From positions 5,704,001-5,768,000 of the forward strand of contig NC_086380.1 in NCBI RefSeq assembly GCF_036588685.1: 64,000 nucleotides of DNA, given 5' to 3'. The notes below the pieces were generated by a model. That model searched no databases. It was not told the DNA's origin and saw only the letters and a list, made by a program, of their open reading frames with translations. Position numbers and translations under genes: made by a program. This document shows positions 1-12,564 of the stretch, in pieces. This DNA comes from Mytilus trossulus (lineage: Eukaryota). Numbering within the stretch: the first letter of the stretch is position 1; each line of letters begins with the position of its first letter.

Positions 1-2972
1 TTTTTAACATACTACCAGTGATTATAATTATCCTAAGTATGAGTTCTATTGAAATATGAAATATGCTTTTGATATATTAAAGTCTTCTAAATTTATCACA
101 ATGCATTAAATACACCTAATATGCCTATTGATAGATTGAAACCCCAAAAAATTGAGTTGTTTGAGTATGCATTGGTGGTAGATGAAACTACAAGCAAGTG
201 AAAGTATGCAGTGGCAGATCAAGAACTTTTCTTAAAGGGGGGCTCCTGTCATGCATCAGTGATTCCCAATATAATCAACCAAGTATTTCCCCCCAAAAAG
301 GGGGGGTTGCCCTGAATCCGCCTATGGTATGGTTAAGCTTGTAAGGAGTTATGATATTATAAATGTACATGTAATAAAATGATGACTGATTATGATTTAA
401 AGGAGATGTTGGGTACATGTCAATGAGACAGCAACCACACAACGTAAACATTTAAAAGACATTTTGATGCATTCTACAAGATGTCAACATAAGAATTGTC
501 CAGTTACAAAAAGTTGTGAATAAACTAGACAGATATATATTCAAGATCTACTTTCAATCCAAATTCTTCAACAAAAAAAAGTCAGTTCCCTTATGACTTG
601 TTTTGAAATGTCAATATTTTGAAAATTTTCAAAACATGAAAAAGTACATAGTTTAGTGCAATAGTTCAACGACCTGAGCTTGTATCTTATGCTGTATTAT
701 TGACAAAGATTACGTCACGTTACACAATAGCTCTGATTGGATAAAAAGTAAACCAGGTCACCCAGTTTTCCTTATTAGTAAAATCCATTGTAGAATTCAT
801 AACCAACTTACAATTTGGAATAGTCCCGAGTAGGTCAAGTGAACTGGTTTATGGATAGGGTTAAATCATTGTTTTGATTGTTTGTTTTCACTTTATGACG
901 AAATTTCCTTCATCAATCCTCTAGGAAAGGAAACATTTATATTCCTAATGATTAAAGTAGCTTGAAAATCAGCCAGTTTAGTTTTCTACACAAGCTAATA
1001 GGAATTTAATTGTATAAACAATAATTTACAGATTTGACATTTCATTTTTGTTTTGCTTCTAGGAAAAGTTTCTCTTGTGTATTAAATAGATGAAGTTGAT
1101 ACTTTTCTATTGCTATTGGAATAACTCTTATTTTTTGCAAATATTTTACTGAAGTGGAGGGATACATTGAACAGTGTCAACTCTATACATTTCAGTTTAG
1201 CCTCTCAGTTAATGGTGATGGATTGTTAAATCTACCTATAAATAATATTCCAGATTCGCTTCTTTTGGAGTTCAATAGGAAAACTGTGCAAGATTAGTTG
1301 TACAGCAGATGTCTTCATATAGGTTTCTGAAAACTGAAAACCAAAGTATTGAAATCTTAAGCAATGCTCTTTGGTCGGGTTGTAACTGTCTATTTGACAT
1401 ATTCCCCATTTCCTTTCTCAATTTAATAAGAATTATGATGGCTTACTTTTTTTCAAATTATGACTTGGATTGAGAGTTATCTCATTGGCACTCATACCAC
1501 ATCTTCTTATATCTATAGATTTCAAAATCATTTTTTTTTTTTCTCATCCTGAAATTACATGAAAAATTTACCACTGGATGTTAAGCTCAATCATTTCATG
1601 AACCACAGTTTAAACTGCTAAAAATGTTTTTCGGATTTGTACTTTTCAATTTTATTTTGAAGAACATTTTAATTCTATAGATGTGATCTATCATCTACTC
1701 ATAAATTCCTATTCATATGTGACCACTGTTCACCTTTCAATCAGCATTAAAGCAGAAGTTCTGGTATATAGTTTCAATAAAAAGTAAGTCATGAACAATT
1801 CAGTATACTTACAACCTATCTTAGTCGTAAGTTTTTTTTGTGCGACTAGTGCTTATAAGTTACTCTGACAGACACAGTTATTTTGAAGTGGAAACAATTT
1901 GGCAATGAACCTGGGTGTATATAAGAGTTTGGCCATGAACCAAAGGCATCAGGAGATCTCTTAATAATAACTTTTGTTACATAGTCATATGAATGGGAAG
2001 ACACGTGAATAAGTAAACACGTGTCCAAGTAGGCACATGAATTCAATAACATTACCAGTCATCTTTGTTTTAATTTCTGGTCACATGGTGTTTTCCATAA
2101 GTGTTCCCCCCTATATGTTGTTTAGAAATCGGGTATTTTCTTGATTATTGTCGATTCAAAATTATTTAATGCATCTTTCAGTAAAATATTTATTAATCTT
2201 TATTCACTAAAAACAAATCTTCAATCAACATTTTTTTAATTAATTTGTAAAATGGTTTAAAGATGAAATTAAATCACAAAATTCTAGATTTTAAAATTAA
2301 AAAATTTATATAACCACCTTCATAACAGGTGTTGACCTCTGGTCAGAGGAAAGGTGTAAACATGTTGTTGCTTTGTAAATGTAAACAAACAGTATCACAT
2401 GATAGTGATTATAATTGTACTGACCAGATGACTGTGGTCAGTTAAGTGTAAACAATGTAAGTCAGTCAAGGTAATATGGTCATATCTGTTTTGTTGACAA
2501 TTTGTCATTATTAAACATGGAAAAATTAGGAGGAAGATTTGATATTGTTGTCAGTGATCTTGATTCAGAATCAATGTTTTGATGATTGAGGTCAAAAGTT
2601 TACCGCCAGTGTTACAGTGAGATTGCAATGTAATCTCAAATGATATCACAGAACTGTAATAAGTCTTACAATATTGTTTTACAAAACAGAAGATGTGGTA
2701 TGATTTCCAATTAGACAACTTGCCACAAGAGACCAAATGACACATAAATTAACAGCTATAGGTCACCACATGGCCTTCAACAATGAGAAATACCCATACT
2801 CCTGTCTTTATAATAAAGTCTCCATGTTTTATTTAATTAAGCTAAAACATTGAAATGGTAACTGTTTCAGTGGTGGCAGCTATATTACACATGTTTTATT
2901 TATAAATTACTTTGAATTATTCAACTTGTAAGCAAGCATGTTATGTATGAAAATGTTTGTTTTTCTTTTCAG

Positions 2973-5900
2973 ATGTAAACAGGGTGAATTGTTTGACTAT
3001 CTGACACAGGTTGTAACATTGTCAGAGAAGAGAACGAGGTACGTTTACATTTTAGAGCGGAAAAGATTTTTAGCTACCATTGCACAATACTGTTTAATCC
3101 ACCATTTTCTACATTTGAAAATGCCTGTACCAAGTCAGGAATATGACAGTTCTTGTCAATTCATTTTTTATGTGTTTTGTTATTTGATTTTGCTATGTGA
3201 TTATGGACTTTCTGAATTGATTTTCCTCTAAGTTCAGTATTTTTATGATTTTACTATTTTCATATTCATGGGATACCAATTACCGTGGATTTCATGGTTA
3301 TAGGGATTACAAATTTTAATGTTAAACGAAGTACAAATTTTCTATTTGCTTTTTATACGACCGCAAATTTTGAAAAAATTTTCGTCGTATATTGCTATCA
3401 CGTCGGCGTCGTCGGCGTCGTCGTCCGAATACTTTTAGTTTTCGCACTCTAACTTTAGTAAAAGTGAATAGAAATCTATGAAATTTTAACACAAGGTTTA
3501 TGACCATAAAAGGAAGGCTGGTATTGATTTTGGGAGTTTTGGTCCCAACATTTTAGGAATTAGGGGCCAAAAAGGGCCCAAATAAGCATTTTCTTGGTTT
3601 TCGCACTATAACTTTAGTTTAAGTTAATAGAAATCTATGAAATTTTGACACAAGGTTTATGACCACAAAAGAAAGGTTGGGATTGATTTTGGGAGTTTTG
3701 GTTTCAACAGTTTAGGAATTAGGGGCCAAAAAAGGGCCCAAATAAGCATTATTCTTGGTTTTCGCACAATAACTTTAGTTAAAGTGAATAGAAATCAATG
3801 AAATTTAAACACAATGTTTATGACCACAAAAGGAAGGTTGGTATTGATTTTAGGAGTTTCGGTCCCAACAGTTTAGGAATTAGGGGCCAAAAAGGGACCC
3901 AAATAAGCATTTTTCTTGGTTTTGGCACCATAGCGTTAGTATAAGTAAATAGAAATCTATGAAATTTAAACATAAGGTTTATGACTATAAAAGGAAGGTT
4001 GGTATTGATTTTGGGAGTTTTGGTCCCAACAGTTAAGGAAAAAGGGGCCCAAAGGGTCCAAAATTAAACTTTGTTTGATTTCATCAAAATTGAATAATTG
4101 GGGTTCTTTAATATGCCGAATCTAACTGTGTATGTAGATTCTTAATTTTTGGTCCCGTTTTCAAATTGGTCTACATTAAGGTCCAAAGGGTCAAAAATTA
4201 AACTTAGTTTGATTTTAACAAAAATTGAAACCTTGGGGTTCTTTGATATGCTGAATCTAAAAATGTACTTAGATTTTCGATTATTGGCCCAGTTTTCAAG
4301 TTGGCCCAAATAGAGGTCCAAAATTAAACATTGTTTGATTTCATCAAAAATTGAATAATTTGGGTTCTTTGATATACCAAATCTAACTGTGTATGTAGAT
4401 TCTTAATTTTTGGCCCAGTTTTAAAATTGGTCTAAATTAAAGTGCAAAGGGTCCAAAATTAAACTAAGTTTGATTTTAACAAAAATTAAATTCTTGGGCC
4501 TCTTTGATATGCTGAATCTAAACATGTACTTAGATTTTTGATTATGGGCCCAGTTTTCAAGTTGGTCCAAATCAGGATCTAAAATTATTATATTAAGTAT
4601 TGTGCAATAGCAAGTCTTTTCAATTGCACAGTATTGTGCAATGGCAAGAAATATCTAATTTCACAATATTGTGAAATAGCAAATTTTTTTTTTAATTAAG
4701 AGTTATCTTTCTTTGTCCAGTATAGTAAGCAAGAAATATCTGCAAGAATTTTTTTTAATTGGAGTTATCTTTCTTTGTCCAGAATCAACTTAAATCTTTG
4801 TTATATACAATATACAATGTATATTCACTTTTTACTACCAACTGATAAATTTAAATAATCTTTACCATTCAGTGATAACAAGCAGTTTTTTTACATCTTA
4901 ATATTTTATGATGTATTTAAATGAGTAGTAATTGTTGCAAACTCCATTAGAATATTTTAATTGAAATTAGTTTTGGAATAAGGGAAAGGGGGATGTGAAA
5001 AAAAAATTGGGTTCAATTTTTCTCATTTGAAATTTCATAAATAAAAAAGAAAATTTCTTCAAACATTTTTTGAGAGGATTAATATTCAACAGCATAGTGA
5101 ATTGCTCTAAGAGAAAACAATTTTTTTTAGTTCATTTGGATACATTCATTCTGTGTCAGATACCTATGCTGTGTCAACTATTTAATCACAATCCAAATTT
5201 AGAGCGGAATCCAGCTTGAATGTTGTGTCCATACTTGCCCCAACCGTTCAGGGTTCAACCTCTGCGGTCGTATAAAGCTACGCCCTGCGGAGCATCTGGT
5301 TAGCAGATTATGTTTACACCACGAAATCAAATATCCATGAATACTATTTTCCCTCAAACCACAAAAATTGGCACCCACGAAAATAAATGACTCCACAGTA
5401 TTCTACTCTCATTTATATCACACATGTCTGATTTCTAGCCTTGACTTCTGCTGCCATGCAACATCTTGGTAGAATGTTTTCATTTACCATTAATACTGCT
5501 CAACAACTTTTCATTTTTGATTCATGGTCTTTTATATTCGAACAGTTGAAAATCTTTCATTCTCTTAAACTTCATACAACATGAATTAATAAAAATTCTA
5601 AAACTTTCGTTCCCTTTTTAAGTAGAATTTTGGCTTGAGAAGAACAAGCATGCATCTTATTTTTGAAAATAAGGATATCCAATTTGTACTGCCTTATTTA
5701 AATTATATGTTGTAATGTCAAATGATATATTAACTAATTTTTATTTGACATAAAGTTCAGTTCCTTTTTATTACTGTCAATTTCAACAAATGAAATTTAT
5801 TTGTTTTTTTTCTCTAATTGATGACATCTGATATGATGTAAAGGTAACCACAAAACATCACATTACGCCCTTCAGGAAATCCTTCAAAGGTCATTATACA

Positions 5901-8900
5901 TTTCCTTTTATGTTTCTATTTGTGATTAAACTTATAAATGTGCAATTTTACAATAACATTCTAAGTAGTGTTTGCATTGAGTCACCTTAGTTTATATATA
6001 TACAATGGAAATACAATTCCTCAAGTCTGTTGCTATACAAATTGTTATTGGGTTACGTCACAACAAAAATAGATGATGCATTTTCTTAAAACTGTTTTAT
6101 GTGAAAAAGCAATAGTACACGACAAATTGCCCAATAAAAAAATGGATGACACTTGTTCTTCAAACTTTTCATGGGAAAGAGGCAAAATTACTGGACAAAT
6201 AGTTATTGAGTTATGTCACAACAAAAATAGAAGATGATTTTATCTAAATCTATTTCGTGTGAAGAAAAAAATAGTACTAGACTAATTGCCAAAAAAAAAA
6301 ATAGATCATGATGGTACACCAAAACTTTTCATGGGAAAGAGGCAAAAGTACTGGACAATTTTTTTTTGAGTTACATCATGATAAAAATAGACGATAAGAT
6401 GTTTGTACTTCAAACTCTTACTTTTACGTGGGAAAATAGCTACAGTAATGGACAAATATTTATAATGTTACATCACTTACATAAATAGATGATGTATGAG
6501 AATTTATTGTAATATTATAAGTAAATTAAGCAATTTCGCTACCAGGCAAAATATATTTGTCATGACCATGCATTAACCAGAATTAAGTACAAATTCTACC
6601 AATTTCTCTCATTCCAAAGAATAGATTTCAAATAAGTTTCAAATAAGAATTTTATTTATCTAATCAAGAACCCATAAAGGGCATCATTTTACAACACAAT
6701 ATAATAATTGGAACAAAACAACCCAGAAACCTAATGCCATACTATAACGTTATGGACAGGATCAGAGCCTGACACAACATGTGTCTTACATAACTATTAC
6801 ATCAAATCTTTGACCATTCTCCTTCAAAAACTATATATTTAAAGCAAGTCTTGTGTTTTGAAATTTAACTGCCTCACATAGAGAAGTATCAAACTCACCT
6901 GACATAGTTTTATATTGGTCTTTTCAGGTATGAACTGTTAAAAAATATAATGGTTCTGTTTTTTTTGTATATTTGTATTTTACACGTTTGATAGTTGTTT
7001 CTTCTGAATGTTAATGTATTGATTTGTATTACAGAATAATAATGAAACAGTTATTAGAAGCAGTAGACTTTATACACAACAAAAATATAGTACATCGAGA
7101 TTTAAAGGTAAGAATTGAAATTCAGACTTATTAAACAAAAGAAAAGAAAATGAAAAAGTGCCAAATTGTGAACAAATTTCTCTTATTTATATTCAAATGA
7201 ACAAAAAATGAAATGAAACCTACAATATTTAACATTATCGACTGCAAGAAGAGTAAGATATACAACATTTTCTGTGTGATTTTGATAAAATTATATAACT
7301 AGGATATTTTCTATCAGTAACTCCCTAGCAGAATATAGCTATTATAGGGATTAAAAAATACTGCTGCTGAGAATATCTGTTGTATATCCTTTTTGTCTTA
7401 GATTTTTAACATATCAGGAAAACTGGCAAGACATACTGTAAACTAATTTTCGCAAGTGATTTGTTTTCGCGACTTTTGCGAATAGAAAACTATAGCGAAT
7501 ATAAATTGTCCCAAATATGTAAAACTTTAAATATTTCTTACTTCACTACATTAAGCAAATTTTAGAATCGCGAAATTAAATCGCCGCTAAATGGAATAGA
7601 AAGGGCTAAACGGGATAGAAAGTATCCGCGAAAATAAGTTGGCTTACAGTATTCCAAAGTACCTTCTTGTTTTAATTTTCAATTTTGGTTTTGAAACCTT
7701 AACATTAACTCATTCGACCCATATTTTCTCGTGGGTTTGAACCCACCCCCACTGAAAAATGGTCATTTTCCGTCTATTTTCCGATTTTAAAACGACCTTG
7801 AGAGGTGAACATTGACCAGACTGTGTGTCTTTGTCATTTAAGTCTTACCCTGTAGTTACTGCAGTCCGTTCATGCTAACTGGGAGTATATGGGACTTACG
7901 TGTCTTGTTGGCGAATTATTATTGTCAAGTCAGGTCTGCCGAAATGTGTGTTTTTACGGATTTTTGACAAAACGGTGACCTAGATTTTACAGACTAGTTC
8001 CCTATTGGCCATATTATGCCTCTTTGTGTTCCTATACCACCTATGCATGTATTTATGATAATAGTTTATACCTACAGTGACTACCAGTTACGCAGTGGCA
8101 ATTACAAGATGCCCACCCCCACCTGATTTTGGCTACTTTTCACTTTTTTCCGATTTTTAATTTTTAAAAGGCTTTAAAAGTGCCATATTTTTATAAATAG
8201 ACGTCTGACAAAAGTTTATGGACCATGCACTGCTTGGTTGAAGTCCCTGCTATCATGACACTACAGGTGGTGCCGTTCAAAAAATGTATGGAGGGTCATA
8301 CGGACCATCAAAGAATGGTTGGTCGCCATCACGCCTACAGGCGGGATTGGGGGTTAAAGGGTTAATACATGCATTATTACATATCTGAAAACTAGAATAT
8401 TGAGAAAAGGAAAATGATTGGACATGACTATTGGTAGGTTTTCAAATGACGTAGGATTTTTTTCCCTGGATATCTGACCAAGTTGGTTTATTTGTGTTAC
8501 ATCTTTTATTAATAGATTTAGGGATAAAAAATATAATAAATATAAATGGAAAGGGTTCACATAAACCATATGTTAGAAGCTCATGACATATTTTTGCAAG
8601 TTTAGTTCTCAAAGGTGTAACAAACTTTTGTTTCTAATTTCAGCCAGAAAATATTTTATTAGACGACAATTTAAATATAAAGTTATCAGACTTTGGATTT
8701 GCTACAGTATTAGCGCCAGAGGAAGAACTAACAGGTAACTAATTATAAACTAGAGAAACCTATCTATTGAATATAGTCAGTTTATTTGAACATTGTAGTC
8801 ATCAAAGTCCATCATAAATTTACAACATTTTATCCTTTAAATTTAGAAGGGGATGTGATTGGCTCTAGAAAATAAAAAACTTTGGTGAACTAAAACTCTT

Positions 8901-11900
8901 TCAATTGCTTTTGTGTTTGTTGTAGTTTAGGTAAATAAGGGAGACAACTTTTAATGAAAAAACTACCTAAAAAACTATGAAAATAGAAAATGAAAAGGTA
9001 AGGTATTTACATGGACGTTAAATGTTTCAACGTCTAATCCACAGTGGTAGAAAAAACATACTAGGATGAATGTATATCCACAAGTGAAGTTATTAGATAA
9101 GATTTGAGATGGTTAAAATTTAAAATTAACTTTATACTTTCAGAATTATGTGGTACGCCAGGTTACCTAGCCCCAGAAGTCTTAGCTGTATCTATGTATG
9201 AGAATGTCCCAGGGTACAGACTTGAAGTAGATATGTGGGCTATTGGTGTAATTATGTACACACTCCTATGTGGAGCACCACCTTTCTGGCATCGTAAACA
9301 GATGCAAATGTTGCGGATGATTATGGAAGCTAAATATTCCTTTGGTACTCCTGAATGGGATGATATATCACAGCCTCCAAAAGATCTGGTACGACAATTA
9401 TTTATACTTTATTTATCTGAATAATTCTGTCATTATGATCCCCTATTTTTTGAATGCAACATTAATGCCTGAAGGCCTAGTCAATGGAAGATCTTCAAAT
9501 AATCTTTCAGAATATGCTCTGAAACTACCTATCTAGATATCATTGTGCTTCAGGTTTATTTGCTGTTTTATCTAGAGTCGAGAGCACATTCGAAGTACTT
9601 GATTCATAACTAATTTTTATCTTGTTAAGGATTCAGGCTCTTGCAAATGGGACAATAGATTGCCGGGCCTGAATTTTTCAGGTTATATTTTTAACCAGAT
9701 TTTGGAAGAAATAATTAGTTATTGATTTGGAGATGTACGGGGGTTGGACGGGTGACAGCCAAATGTTTTCCATGCATTTACTCATGAACCATTCAACCAT
9801 AGTATAAAATTGTTGATAGCTTCCCAGTCACATTATTTGCATTATTAAAAACCTACCAATAATTTCTGAATTTTCACTAATTGAACGATTTCTGTTAAAG
9901 CAATATTCAATGAATGTTTCTGAATGTAACTTCTGTTATTTTTTTTTAGATATCTAAATTACTAGTCAAAGAAGCCAAAAATAGATTAACTGCCACCCAA
10001 GCTCTTCAACATCCCTTCTTTAAACGAGAGGTTAGTATCATCATACTGTCCAGATTATACTTTTATTTCAGGTTCTAAATCTTAAATTCATGATGTTTCA
10101 GTTATGAAGAGTTTAGAGATTAACCTTGTTTGCATCCTGTGGAGTTATAAGAAAGAACAATTTATTTAAATTTGATGAAAAAAACAGAATTTCAAAGTTA
10201 AGTTTGAAGTCACTCTTTAAATTTATAGATCTAAGAACATACCTATATAAAGTATATGAAACAGGATGTTATGCATGTGTAATTTGATATGAGGGTGTTA
10301 AATTCAAAGAATTTAATTTAGTTTTATTGCATATTTAGAATAGTTGATTTAAAATGAGATGTGATAAATCTCTACAGGGTCTTCAAAATTGAAAAGTTAT
10401 TTTAAAATACAGATTTAGTTAAATATTCAACAGAATTTCTTAATTAATGAAAAAAAATCTTCTAAGAAATTGTATTTTGTAAAGTACACTTGTTAAGAAA
10501 AAAGAAACATTCATTAAAAAGTCTGTGATTTCTGGGAAATTATAACATTTGTACAGTACAAATATTTTGCACATTGCAGGTGGTTTAACTTTTGATTGTA
10601 TTTAAAAACTTATTGACATAACCCATTTGCTTTTCAAAATTAATGTTAGAGTATTTAAATCACAATTTAATTAAAATTACATTTGATTTTATTGTAATTG
10701 TAATAGGCTAAATTGTCTCATAAATCTATTTTTAACTTGTTTTTCTTGTCAATTGAGTAAGAGTAAGTAATATAAAGTAATAATTATATGACATAATTTC
10801 TCACCTGAGTATTTATTACACCTGAGAAGGTGATCAAAAAGTATAATTAGATAATAAAAGGTAATAATTGACCAGTAGTTGTATATGTCCAGGTAGTAAA
10901 CAAATATGACAGGATCAATAGAAGAATTTAGCCATAAAAAGGCATGTGAAGATGAAATGGGAGAGGTCAAAGAGGTAGACATTTTTTGTTTCTGAAAAAA
11001 GATATTTATGTTTATGTAAAACTGTACTTAAGGGGGGAAAGTTTGGCAACATATATTATACAGTTATATTACTAAACTTTAAATTCAAATTTTCTAAAGT
11101 TGTGGCTGTTTCTTTGAGTAAGGAAAACATTGCACATTATGGTTAATCCTTTTATCTATTTATTATTGTATTTAGAAGTTTTAAAATATTTTTGAAATCT
11201 AAAATTGAATTTGAATTTGAAAACTAAAAATTTTGAAATCTAAAATTGAATTTGAATTTGAAAAATAAAAATTTTGAAATCTAAAATTGATTTTTTTTAT
11301 TTGTAAACCTTTTTTTTTACTCAGTATATGTATGTTAATTTACATTCTGATTTTTCTTTTATAACAGGTTGCCTCTGTATTAATTTGAATGTTTTTTTTG
11401 TATTTTCAGTTAAAACCAGAGAAGCAATTTTACCCCAGGAAAGTGTTCAAGGTGAGATTTTTTTTTAAAAGCAATAGTAACATAACCAAAAACGAGATTT
11501 AGAGAAAAGGTGTTGAAAGGCATCTGTCACACATCATATTCACACGTTATATAAAAAGGTTTGAACAATGATTACTTTGAGCTATTCAAAAGTCAAAATG
11601 ACCACTTATTATAGGTTTAATAGTAAAGCTTTTTAAGGTATTTGCCATCATCAAATTGATTTTAATGTTCTTTTGTTGAGACATTATCAGGGCAGATATT
11701 GAAAAAGGACCATTTGGTGTTCACTATATATGTGGAAATAACATTGCACGTGATCTCATATACAGATATAAGAAGATGTGGTATGAGTGCCAATTAGACA
11801 ACTCTCCATTAAAGTCACAATTTGTAAAAATAGACCATTATAAATCAAAGTAAGGCCTTTAAAACAGAGCCTTGGCTCACACTGAACAACAAGCTTTGAA

Positions 11901-12564
11901 GGGCCAGGGCCCCCAAAAGAATAGTGTAAAAATAGTCAGAAAAATGAGAAACAAGAAACACATATGTATCGCTCTAACAAACAACAAACACTGAACATCG
12001 GGTTCCTCCTGACTTAAGACAAGTACAAACCAAAGCAGCGGGTTTAAACCTGCACCCTAACTGAAACAAAAGTGTAACATCACAACATAGAAAGACACTC
12101 ATGCTAACATTTCTTGTACATGTAATATATTTATTTAAAAGTTATTGCCTTTGGACAGATATGCACATATAAATCATAGAAGCAAAAAAGAATGTGTGTC
12201 TGAAGTTTTTAAGATTGTAATTTTTTTAGTGTTCATATACCAATCATGTTTGCTGCATACTTACAAAATTGTTTTTCTATCATTTCAGGCTGCAGTTATA
12301 TGTGTGAACTTTTTCTATAGACTAAGATTTTATTTCAACAATCCACCTCCGATATCAAGGGAAGTAATTAAATCTAATCCATATAGTGTCAAAATGATCC
12401 GAAAACATATTGATGCTTGTGCGTTTAAAATGTACGGACATTGGGTAAAGAGGGGAGATAATCAAAATCGTGCAGCATTATTCGAACATACGCCAAGAGA
12501 CGATTGGAAAAATGTGAGCCTAAATACGAAGACAGAATTGATGGGGATTAAATCTGATTTATGA
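2973..12564 (+). CDS. PHKG: Phosphorylase b kinase gamma catalytic subunit, 3' part (5' exons lie upstream of the window)
   Basis: Phase-consistent GT-AG exons 2973-3038, 7035-7107, 8644-8734, 9144-9388, 9950-10030, 11410-11451, 12289-12564. They give kinase motifs [31 protein letters not shown] and DMWAIGVI, plus the PhK-gamma C-terminal signature [26 protein letters not shown]. Stop TGA at 12562-12564. Confidence 0.95.
3350..5301 (+). mobile_element. Helentron-type non-autonomous element (HINE/pearl-like) carrying two internal tandem arrays
   Basis: 5' TTTTATACGACCGCA is inverted near the 3' end (TGCGGTCGTATAAA, about 5263-5276). (CGT)n/CGGCGT microsatellite at about 3401-3425. About 160-bp repeats at 3440-4057 and about 130-bp alternating repeats at 4058-4590. 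Ends in TT with no TSD. Confidence 0.8.
6037..6495. repeat. Degenerate ~160-bp tandem repeat
   Basis: Recurring acaaat..ttattg.gtta.gtcacaacaaaaatag and aaacttttcatgggaaagaggcaaaa. Confidence 0.7.
7436..7649. mobile_element. Older copy of the 33805-34019 MITE
   Basis: ta|ctgtaaactaattttcgc ... cgcgaaaataagttggcttacag|ta, with collinear internal sequence. Confidence 0.85.
7709..8361. mobile_element. piggyBac-like non-autonomous element
   Basis: TTAA on both sides (7705-7708 and 8362-8365). Right end ggggttaaaggg; degenerate left end ctcattcgaccc. Confidence 0.6.
11191..11291. repeat. 41-bp tandem repeat, about 2.5 copies
   Basis: tttgaaatctaaaattga starts at 11191, 11232 and 11273. Confidence 0.85.

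Noticed and set aside
1-2972. Upstream PHKG exons and short ORFs (1846-2052, 2551-2745)
   Set aside because: I found no kinase N-lobe peptide with splice sites. The region looks like intron with repeat fragments.
10893-10974. Purine-rich candidate cassette exon in a PHKG intron
   Set aside because: Every available AG acceptor gives an in-frame stop in phase 0, and the peptide has no similarity to PhK-gamma.
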